Shown here in pieces: positions 23,140 through 33,286 of a stretch of 64,000 nt of DNA. Position 1 is the stretch's first letter, and every line of letters begins with the position of its first letter. This stretch comes from Cyanophora paradoxa CCMP329. Its lineage: Eukaryota; Plantae; Glaucophyta. Location: positions 1-64,000 of the forward strand of contig QPMI01000049.1 in assembly GCA_004431415.1 (NCBI GenBank). The letters are read 5' to 3'. The position numbers were made by a program, and so were the translations under genes. Under the pieces are notes generated by a model, which did not search any database, had not been told where the DNA came from, and saw only the letters and a program-made list of their open reading frames with translations.

Positions 23140-23402
23140 CCGACCAAGAGACGTGTCCGGACCCTCCCTACTTTCTTTATAGATTATTGGAAAGGTCCGG
23201 ACACTAGAGGAGGGAGGGCGTACATAAGTAGTCTGACCAAGAGACGTGTCCCGACCCTCCCAGATCTTTAAATTAATATCTGAGAGGGTCGAGACACTAG
23301 AGGAGGGCGTACATAAGTAGTCTGACCAAGAGACGTGTCCCGACCCTCCCAGATCTTTAAATTAATATCTGAGAGGGTCGAGACACTAGAGGAGGGCGTA
23401 CA
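23140..23402. repeat. Three 89-bp tandem units, each carrying the 50-bp palindrome
   Basis: Palindromes at 23154-23203 (diverged), 23247-23296 and 23336-23385; the period is 89 bp between the last two. Confidence 0.92.
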
Positions 23403-24047
23403 ACTTAAACTCGCGCAGCGCCGCCTGCTCCTCGCTGAGGTTCTCTGACTTCATTCGATCGCTGTAGGGCTCGGGCGGAGTTCCAGCCTTCACGTGCGAC
23501 CAAAATAGATGTAAGCACCGCCGCATGAGCTGAATGTACCTCTCGTCCCGTCTGACGTACCACGTTCGCACGCGCAGAGGCGTGAAGCAAAAAAGTTCGG
23601 CCCACTCGCGGCCCGTTATGTCTAAAAGTCCTTGCAGCTGCGTCATGTAATAGGTAGGAACCTTGTCGTAGAGTTCTTGTTTGTACGGACATTTTATTTC
23701 GAGTATGCGATCGTTTCCGATTAGCCCGTCCGGGCTCCCGCCAGGAAGGCAGTTCCTTATGTTCGTGCAATCCAGTATGTTGCACGTCCACGTTATTGTT
23801 CAACGTTTTGTAGAGAGAGACGCGAAGGGCTCATAGTCATGCCGTAGGTTAGGGCAGGGTTGTCAAAGTTGTTTTCCTCCGCTATCCCGCTTAGCTCCGC
23901 CCACAGGCGGGCCCTGGATTTCCAGGGGTTTATACCGCACGCAGCCGCAAAATTAGATGCAGTTAGTTTTTCACGGCGCGCCGCGTGCCACGCCGCGCTC
24001 CCCTGTTGTAAGTTCTCGCAAGTCTCGCAATCTGTATCGGTATGCAT
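23386..24047 (-). CDS. YqaJ-like / lambda-exonuclease family PD-(D/E)xK nuclease (frameshifted)
   Basis: QGSAAWHAARREKLTAS...YG...FLAGSPDGLIG...LEIKCPY...YYMTQLQGLLDITGREWAELFCF after frame correction. Confidence 0.9.
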
Positions 24048-24097
24048 AGCTTAGCCTCGCAGTAGCGTTTAGAATTTCTTGATGTGTGCGAATGCAT

Positions 24098-24827
24098 ATG
24101 TCTGATAATCAGACTACCCTCCCACCGCTATCGGGGTACATCCGAGATTACACTAAGCAGGTAAACGGGCTGATCGGCTGGGTGAAAGAAGAGATCCCCA
24201 ATACAATGCGAGACGGGGGCATGGCTGCGACGTATTTGCGCGATGTGGCACGCAGAGGCCTCGGGTCCAGGGTAGACATCCGAACGTATGAGCCGCCGGT
24301 GTACGAAATCGAACACAGGGACGACATGGGCAGGGTTCGCGATGAACTTCGCAAGCTCTGGTGGGCGTTCGGCTCGCGCAAGAGCCCCATGACCTACCTG
24401 CCCAAGACGTTCAGAGAGTTATACTGGATCTCTTCCTGAATGCGGGCACTCGCACGGAGATCATCAATCGCCCGCTCAATATTTTGAAGCACTACTTCCA
24501 AGGCTTCGTTCACCACGCCAAAAACAAGGAAGATGAATGGGTGGTACCCTATGTCCCCCATCGGATTTGATCCCTGAAGGATGGGACGAAGAACAAGACA
24601 ATATGGAAGAACGGTTCAAGAGATACAAGTATAGAAAACTGACGCCTGCCGGCCCACCGTACGGCCCACCGGCGCCCACGGCGGAGCAGCGCCAAGAGAT
24701 ACTGCGGGAGGGTCAGATTCGCAGGTGGATGGAGTACAGCAATGATCCGACGAGCTGGTCGCCAGACGAGGCCGAGCTGCGGAAGCGCGCGAGGCTGCCA
24801 GGCCCTCGATACCCCGACCGCGAGTAG
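24098..24827 (+). CDS. Viral protein with internal F-box-like motif, paralog 1 (frameshifted)
   Basis: LRKLWWAFGSRKSPMTYLPKDVQRVILDLF...EQRQEILREGQIRRWM...WSPDEAELRK. Confidence 0.6.
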
Positions 24828-24861
24828 GGGTACAGGTAGAAATTCTCAGCGAGCCGCGAGC

Positions 24862-25599
24862 ATGGCGCGAACACGCGAGTCCGACGTGCTGTACAACAAC
24901 GGCGACCTGGACGGGGAGATTCGACAGCGGAACGTGGACTTGGAGGATGCGAACGCAGTGCTGGAGGGGAGGCGCACGTCCTCAGGGGGCGGCTCGCCGG
25001 CGGAGAACTTCATGGAGCGCGTGCTCTACCTTGTGCGCTGGATTAGAGACGAATTCCACGACGAGCGAGAGCTCCCGGACAGGGAGATGATCAGGGCCGC
25101 GGGCTTGATGGGTATGACAGAGAACCCGAGATCGTACCTGAGGCGCGAACGCAGGGATCTGAACGGCGATTGGGCCGACCTGCAAGCGCTGTGGACGGCC
25201 TTTGCGAACCGCAAGAGCCAGATCCTTGCCCTGCCCGCGCAGGTACAGCAGCGTATCATTGATTTCGTAGCCCCCTGGCGCGACGAGTCCCTCCAGCAGC
25301 CATTCATGCAACCACGCTTCCTCTCCGGGCTCAGGAGCGCGTTCTTCCACTTGGCCGTGAGCAGCGACCGGTATTTCACACCGCAGAGGATCGTTCACGG
25401 CGAATTCGGCATACCCCCCGAGTGGCTGAATTTTGCCACCGTACCCCTTCCCCACCCCGCCTCGAAGGCCCCCCTCCCCTACCCCGAGCAGCGTGAGTCA
25501 CTCAAGCGTCAGAGGGAGGTACGCGAATGGATGGACGACACCAGCCACTGGGTACAGGGCGAGGCCGAATTACGCAAGTTCGGAAGGTCCGGGCAGTAA
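24862..25599 (+). CDS. Viral protein with internal F-box-like motif, paralog 2
   Basis: LQALWTAFANRKSQILALPAQVQQRIIDFV...EQRESLKRQREVREWM...WVQGEAELRK; GAAATTCTCAG upstream. Confidence 0.65.
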   Translation: MARTRESDVLYNNGDLDGEIRQRNVDLEDANAVLEGRRTSSGGGSPAENFMERVLYLVRWIRDEFHDERELPDREMIRAAGLMGMTENPRSYLRRERRDLNGDWADLQALWTAFANRKSQILALPAQVQQRIIDFVAPWRDESLQQPFMQPRFLSGLRSAFFHLAVSSDRYFTPQRIVHGEFGIPPEWLNFATVPLPHPASKAPLPYPEQRESLKRQREVREWMDDTSHWVQGEAELRKFGRSGQ

Positions 25600-25813
25600 C
25601 AGCGGGGGGTACAGCATTCAGTTAGAGCCTGAGCATCGTTAGAGGCCGGGAGGCCCCCCGAGGGGTACACCGGCTGTTACTCCCCGCGTCGGTTAGTGCT
25701 AGCCCCCCTGTTAGTGCAGCGTGTACCTGATCGCAATATAACACCCAAACCTCCGCGACGCGTGACTCATGCAACCTCCGAGGGTTAACAATGCATTGAC
25801 AGCGAAGGGGCAA

Positions 25814-26800
25814 GCTCGAGAGCTCAACGCTTCACAAAGGCCCACATATATATTTGTAATTACGTATACGTATACGTATACATATGTGTGCATGTATACG
25901 TATACGTATACGTGCCGGCATTGCGTGTGGGGCCTTATAATTAAACACAGAGTTGATGGAAAGAAAGCTTGAGTAAACGTATTATTTCGAATCGGTGAGC
26001 TCGAGCGAGAATTACAAAGGGGGAGAAATATATATATATATATAATTTGTTCAAATACGATTGCGACTCCCTCGGTGCGGCCGTGCGGCATGCGCGCGTA
26101 ATCGCAACATCGATATCGATATCGTAGCTGAAATCATAATCGCAACATCGTAGCTGAGACTTGAAATCGTAATCGCAACACCGTAGCTGAAATCGTAATC
26201 GCAGCATCCGATGATCACAGCATCGTTACTGATTGCGAATTCTAAGCCTTAATTAAGCTTGGTGCTGGTGCCGCAGCGCTAGATGCGAGATTCTGATCAA
26301 TCGTAATCCAGCTTACTTCTTTATATATATAGCTAGCTTTGTGAGGACCCCTTTTTATTCGCGCCGGGGGCGCCGCGGGGCGGGGACAGGATCATAATTT
26401 GGAGATCGACGTCATTCTTAAAATTTCTACAATTAAAGAAGCTTATATACGTATTATATATATGATAATATATACAAGGTCCGAGTTAATAATTGTATTA
26501 AGACATAAATTTGACCGTCGATCGACGTCGACGTCGAATCGTCGTCGATATTATTTGTTTTTATACGGGCATGTCGAGCCGATTAGGAAAAAAACGAGCT
26601 GTGGTATATATACGTACGTACGCGTCGTCGACGTCGTTCAACTCGTCGAAGACGAACCGATAGGTGATTCGTATACGTATGGAATCGTATCATAGTATAC
26701 GTATTCGACGTCACGGCGTATACGTATACTACGGTATACTACTAGTAGTACGTATATATACGTCTCAGCTACGTAATACGTATACCTGCCCGGATACCTG
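25814..26800. repeat. AT-rich hairpin/palindrome and short tandem repeat zone at the virus-host boundary
   Basis: Perfect 22-bp stem 25862-25883/25892-25913; ~26-bp repeats AATCGTAATCGCAACATCGTAGCTGA x4 at ~26097-26207; dense TATACGTATA and CGACGTCG words. Confidence 0.8.
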
Positions 26801-27081
26801 CCATGCCAGGCTGCAGCCTGCAGGCTGCCGGGCGCCGCGCGGCGCGCGCCGGCCGCCGGGCTCGAGCTCAGCGCAGTGCGAGCGAGCCTCGGAGAGCACT
26901 AGCCGCTGAGCTGGCGGCGCTCATCGCGGCGCCGGGCGGCGGGCATCCTCATCGCCATCACGGCGCGGGCCGGGCGTGGCACTTGATTCAACGCCGCCTA
27001 GCCTAGTACTACGGTATATACGCAGGCCGCTAGCCGAATCGCAAAATTTCTCAAGTTTGAAGGCCGGCAGCGACTGGCATC

Positions 27082-30000
27082 ATGGGGTGCTGCTGCTCGT
27101 GCTGCGGCAAGAAGGAGGGCGAGGGCCACACGCCCCTGCGTTCCGTTGGAAAAAGCTCGGTGGTCGATCCAAAGCAGGTGGTCATGAACGTGAACCTCGA
27201 CGGCGCAGCCACGCGCCGCGGCAAGCCGCATGTAACGGCCAAGGCCATGAGTTTCAGCTCGGTTGCGCAAATCAGCTACGCCGACCTTGAAAAGACACAT
27301 CACCGGATGGCGACCCAGCGCGACAGCAAGATCGTTCGCGTCTTTCTCTCCTCTACTTTCAGTGCGTGGTTGTGTGTCGCATTTGTGTGTCGTTGTCGTG
27401 ACCGCGCGTTGCCATCGTCAGAGGACATGGCGCGGGAGAGGCAGGTAAGTCTCTCGGTTGCAGTTGCAATTGGTGATGAAGAGTTCCAGTACGAACTGAT
27501 CCGGATGTTTTGTCCGACAGGCAATCGTGGAGAAAACAATCCCGCGCGCTCGGGCCGAGCTATCGAAGAGGGGTCTGCAGTTCGTGCCCATCGACCTGCG
27601 GTGGGGAATCACAGAGGAGGAAGGGGAGAACGGGCAGGCAAGCGCTGCGCCCCACCTCTCATCAACCGAGCTGACGTTCGATTCAGACAGTCTACTTGTG
27701 CTTGAAGAATGTCGTAAATTCTCGGTATTTCATTGGATTTCTGGTTCGCATTATCTCGTATAGATCCTTGGGATTTGGTTTTTGAGACCTCGCGCAGAAA
27801 GCTCGGTACGGCTGGCATCAAGATCCTCAGAAGCCCGATGATGTCAGCCTCCAGAAGTGCGTCACATATGCTCCCCTCGTCTACTTCCCTAATTATATGT
27901 ATAAACTCATATGGCAAACAGATGCATCAAGGTCGCCATCGACGCTGGATATCCTTTCTTGGAAAAGTACCGCCACAGATCTGTCACCGAGCACGAAATT
28001 TTATTGGGGGCTTTTATGGACGAGCAGGTGATCATGATGCAAGTACTAGCACTGATAACTGCAGATGCCTTCGTGACATGTATGGCGAGCGCAGGGCAAC
28101 GAGCGCCTGAAGAAGGACAGCACCAGGTTCTTCTTTGCAAGCAAACAGCTCTGCGAGCAGTCGATCAACGAGACGCCGGAGGATGCAAGGGAGTCGAAGT
28201 ACGCAGAGGAGATGCTCGCCAATCTCAAGTCCAGCGTTATCCAAGCTGGTATGCACAATGCCGAGTACACAAGCGACACGCAGCTGTCCTCTGCCATGTT
28301 CGACGCCCTGATGGAGGTGCGGATCTGCTGTCTGAACCTGGAAGCGATCGTGCCAGCTCGAGCTTGCCCGCGCAGATGGTGAACAGAGACTACCCCGTGA
28401 CGGCGGCCAAGACCTGGCTTGAGCAAGAGCGCCAGAAGCAGCAAGTCTACCGCGAGATGTTCCTCGACGGCTACATTCCGCTGGAGAACGACTTCAGGGC
28501 GCTTGATGCCTACGCTCTCGGCTCGTATCCAGACATCCTCGTCGTCGAGGGCTCTGGGGGAAGTGGCAGATCCGGTGCCTGCGCTTTAAATCTTTCGCAA
28601 GTCAAGCCGAGACGCTGATCAGATCCATCTGTGCTCTGCAGCGCTGCTCGCAAACTGGCTCACATTCCACAGCGAACGTAATCCGAATGATGTGGTTGTT
28701 GCATATTCGGTTGGCGCTTCAGAACACAAACTTCAGAATTTTTTGAGGTTCGCTTCTCACAATGGATCCAAGATTAAAGATACTTTTTAATTCATGCACT
28801 GTGATCAGATATGCGTACGAGGAGTTGCAGCAGCGTTTCCAGATCAGAACCAAGCTCGATTTCGAGAAGAAAGTCACCCTCGGCGGTAATAGCGAAGGAG
28901 ACGATTCGGTCCAGAACCAGGTGGCATACCGCGGCTGTGCTTCTGTGTGCTTAGACGCTTACTTCCATTGATATCCAGAAATTCAAGAAATGGGTTCTGA
29001 GCAACATGCCGTCTTTTAAAAATCGGGTCATACTCATTGCTGACGGCCTGGACGATCTGAAAGAGGACACAACAATGCTCTGGCTCTCCACTCGTGCGAG
29101 TGCCAACTTCCGGATCATTGTTTCTGCAGATTCTTTTGACTTCAATGAGGGTGAGCTGGGTTCTTCGACAGTGATTCGGTCAACTCTAATCGCCCTATGT
29201 ACAGAGAGCGCTGTGTATGGTGCACTCAAAAAGCAAGAATTGCAGCACAGGGTGCTCACCGTCCAAGGGCTCGACGCAAGCAGGAAAGAGAAGATGATCA
29301 ACTTCAACCTGCAACTGTCCGGGAAAAATCTTCTTCCGGAGTTGAAGCAGCGCATGATCGACTCTGATAAAACATCCAAACCCCGATTCCTTTCTCTGGT
29401 GCGATCTATATAAGAAATTATTTGCCATTGTGTCGTATGGCCTTTGCTTACTGCATATTTTCTCATGCATTTTTTTCAGGTTCTAGATCAGCTCAAAGAG
29501 AGCCAAAACGTTACTCACGAGGTGCTTGGCGATGTTTTGGACCGTCTATTGCGCTGCAAGGACGTATCTGCCTTGCTGACTGAATTGGTGGGCGTTTCGA
29601 ATTCGTTTTTGCTTGACATCTCAGTCAAACTCAGTCTCACTCCGCGATCAATGTCAGATTTTCATGTGGACAAAGGCACATCCAATCGGCTTGACGAAGA
29701 CCGTTCTGAGCTGCATCGAAGAGGAGTCGAAAGGGCTGTTGGAATCTGAGCTTCAAGCGATTGCTGGGGGTGAGCGGAGAACGAAAGAACTCGAGCGGTT
29801 TTGCCGGGGCTGACTTGAACTCCGTCTTTGGACGCAGTTGGCACAAAAGTCAGTATGCTTCAGTGGGTCGAATTTCAGGCCGCCACTTCAATCATCTTAA
29901 AGACCACAGCCGGTGCGTTGCGGTTTGAATTCCCCTGCATGTTTGCGTGCACACTGATCTGGTCTCGGGCTGAATATTCTGCGCACACAGACGGTCTGAC

Positions 30001-31569
30001 TGTCTTCAGTCATTGGACGGCTGGGGCTGCGGTCAGAGCAGTGTACGACCTCAACAACGAGGTGGAAGAAAGGGATGTTCACAGCTTGTTGGGAGAATTC
30101 TTCTTCAACTCTGATGTGCCGGTGGCGCGGCGTGCTAGTGTTGGCGTCACTCACTTGCGACACGCAAAGGACTGGCAGCGCCTATGCCAGCTGCTCCTCG
30201 AGCCGGACGTCATAGGCGAGATCGTTGGATCGGGCATCGTCGAAGACATGGCAGCCATCTCGAACCTCCGCGAGGAACACGCACATGCCTGGCTGCAGAT
30301 GAACAAGGAGCGCGAAGCCGTCCAGCTGTACCGGCAGAGCCTCGAGCGGTTCGCGAATTCGAAGAGCAGCCCGGCTCCATCTGCCGTGCATCTGGCGTCG
30401 TGCTACGTCGCTGCCGGCAGCGTGCTGAAATTCATCGGAGAGGATCTGCGTTTTCATCCAGCCTACAAAGATCGACGGGATCAAGCATCGGACGCAGAGA
30501 GAGGAGGGGTATCGCTTCTCCAGACAGCAATAAGTCTGTTTGAGCAGGCAGCCCGAGGTCGAGTGGATCAGTCTTTCTACTACAAGTACGCTTTTGCGCA
30601 CTTCTCGCTTGGCTCACTGCATTTTACACTCGAGAATTTTGATGACGCGCTCGATCATTTCCGGGTGCGTATAATCTCAAGCTGCCGGTCTGCTTAACTT
30701 GTACGTGTCGACACTCCTTTAAGTGGCGTTGCAGAAAGCCCTCAAGACTGTTCAGGACGTGGGCCCCAACTCTCTATCAGCCATTAAGTACACGGCAAAG
30801 ATTGCAGACACCTATTACAAAAAAAGTCAGTATGATGAGGCAATACGGCAATACAATGTGCGTGATTTTGACTGATGCATGAATGCTTGAATTTTGACGT
30901 TTTCGTTAACGAAATCTCAGCGTATCATCGAGTTGCTTCTTCGGCTTCACGGAAACATCGACGATCACCCCGACATTGTGGCCTTTTACAGAGAGCGAGG
31001 GAAGGCCTATGAGCTCAATAGCGATTACGAAGAGGCGATCACAGATTATACGGTGCCCCGTTCGGCACTCCCTGGTTCGTGCACTACAGCTGATGAGGCC
31101 CCCTCGCGATGCGCAGAGAGTTCTCAAATTTTACGAGGCTTCTTTCGGCGACGAGTTCGAAAGCAGTGATACGGCGATCATTTTATATACTCTTGGAGAC
31201 GTCTACTTGGATATGGAGAAGTACGACGTTGCGGAGACCTATTTTGAGGTCAGGAACATTATAACTTTGTTTTGCAATCCACTATTAATCCTCCATTTGC
31301 TTTCCCTGTGCAGAAAGCAATGGCAGGTTTTCGCGCTCAGCAGGATAACGATTACATTGCGAGAATGATGGAGTTCTTCATCAAACTCTACATAAAACGG
31401 AAAGGTCGTGGGGACTCTAAGAAGAAGGACCAGATGCTAAAAGTGTGCAAATATTTTTGCTGGAAACTCGCTAGCACGAGAGCCGCTAACGAGAGTATGT
31501 GCACAGGAGTACAAGGCCCTGAAAGAGAGTATGGGCGAGGAGCCTGATGAATTCTCTGATGATGAGTAG
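27082..31569 (+). CDS. Host DUF4062 + NACHT-like STAND ATPase + TPR protein (NPHP3/TTC41-like), multi-exon
   Basis: MGCCCSCC acylation motif; VRVFLSSTF.DM..ER, PIDLRWGITEE, SVTEHEI; P-loop VEGSGGSGRSALLANW; Walker B VILIADGLDDL; C-terminal TPR-like repeats; short introns. Confidence 0.85.
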
Positions 31570-32447
31570 TCCCTGATTTGAGTCGTTAAGCAACAGTCGT
31601 TTAATGCCTACAGAGCTATCCTGCTTGTGTTTTTCCCGCAAGCGAAACCGCACGGCCGGATTGCCGGATTAACTTGCTCACCTCCGTTCAAGAAGAAGTG
31701 CAAGCGAGTACAGTCAGGGACAAGAAGCGCAAGCGGGTAGCTGCACGGCACGATTGCTCTCTATTTCACTCAGTGACTGTGCCGACTCTGGAACTGAAGA
31801 ACCGCGAGACACGACGAGGGACTTGGGGGTCTCCACGAGGGGCGTTGCACCCCACCGCCATTCTCCTCCCACCTCTAGGCCTAGGCCTATAAGAGCAGGC
31901 GCTGCCTACATGCCGGCGAGCCCCCCCCGGAGGGGGCCGAGGCCGGCGGCTGGGCGTGGGCGTATCAGGGTTTGCCCTGGGCAAAACAAGGACACAAGCT
32001 CAAGTTTCACTCAGGATTACTCATTAAAAGCAGCATCTGCCATAACAACGGAAGAAAAATTAGACTCATGATCAGGATCAGAATTCCGCGAGCGCTTATT
32101 AGCAGGAGCAGTAGAAGACTGGGCCTGGGTCTGTGTCGAGTAGGAACACACCTGAGGTGAGTCGAAGGAGGTGTGCGACAGCGTCCGACTGCGGCATGCA
32201 GAGCAAGCGAGGTGAGTCGAGGGAGGTTTACAACAGCGTCTGACGGCGGCGATGCGCAGCAAGCAGGTAATGCTATGCCGAAGCGCACGCAGCAGTTCGG
32301 CTTGTTAGCGATGCGATCGGCTACCGGACGACACAAAGATGCAGAAATGCAATGCGCACTGAAGGAGAGCAAGCAATGACGTCTAACACCGACGAAGCGG
32401 TAAGCGGGAAAAGGCGCCAGGCGACGGCGTGACGTAGGCATGTCAGA

Positions 32448-33286
32448 GGGTGCATTTCAAACGTGTTGCATCGAAGATGAAGTATACAGCCGCGACAGGC
32501 AGAGAATGGGCACAACGGCCAGGAGAAAGGGCGCGAACGCCGGCGGGACACAGAGCGCAGCCAGACCACGGGAAATAGAGCACAGAGAACACGAACCGAC
32601 TGTGAGAAGTTGCGCAGAGCGGCTGTCGGGCGCGGAGACAGATGCGCCCGCGTGGGGGGTGCATTTCAAACGTGTTGCATCGAAGATGAAGTATACAGCC
32701 GCGACAGGCAGAGAATGGGCACAACGGCCAGGAGAAAGGGCGCGAACGCCGGCGGGACACAGAGCGCAGCCAGACCACGGGAAATAGAGCACAGAGAACA
32801 CGAACCGACTGTGAGAAGTTGCGCAGAGCGGCTGTCGGGCGCGGAGACAGATGCGCCCGCGTGGGGGGTGCATTTCAAACGTGTTGCATCGAAGATGAAG
32901 TATACAGCCGCGACAGGCAGAGAATGGGCACAACGGCCAGGAGAAAGGGCGCGAACGCCGGCGGGACACAGAGCGCAGCCAGACCACGGGAAATAGAGCA
33001 CAGAGAACACGAACCGACTGTGAGAAGTTGCGCAGAGCGGCTGTCGGGCGCGGAGACAGATGCGCCCGCGTGGGGGGTGCATTTCAAACGTGTTGCATCG
33101 AAGATGAAGTATACAGCCGCGACAGGCAGAGAATGGGCACAACGGCCAGGAGAAAGGGCGCGAACGCCGGCGGGACACAGAGCGCAGCCAGACCACGGGA
33201 AATAGAGCACAGAGAACACGAACCGACTGTGAGAAGTTGCGCAGAGCGGCTGTCGGGCGCGGAGACAGATGCGCCCGCGTGGGGGT
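32448..33286. repeat. 209-bp tandem repeat, 4 identical copies
   Basis: TGCATTTCAAACGTG starts at 32451, 32660, 32869 and 33078. Confidence 0.97.

Larger units (their letters stand above)
1..26000. mobile_element. Endogenous small NCLDV-related virus (Mriyavirus/Yaravirus/NDDV-like); left end outside window, right edge approximate
   Basis: About 22 tightly packed intron-less ORFs including an NCLDV-type MCP, SSB, UL9-like helicase and YqaJ exonuclease. They share an upstream motif, and there is an abrupt switch to intron-rich host genes after an AT-rich palindromic zone at 25.7-26.8 kb. Confidence 0.88.

Noticed and set aside
23140-23402. CRISPR-like array of palindromic repeats
   Set aside because: Intervening sequences are near-identical rather than unique spacers; there are no cas genes and the context is eukaryotic.
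1-26000. Polinton/Maverick or virophage identity
   Set aside because: No pPolB, rve integrase or cysteine protease in the window; the MCP and neighbouring genes carry NCLDV-type motifs.
25711-26909. ORFs in the AT-rich boundary (YVYVYV, TYTYTY)
   Set aside because: Translations of palindromic low-complexity repeats.
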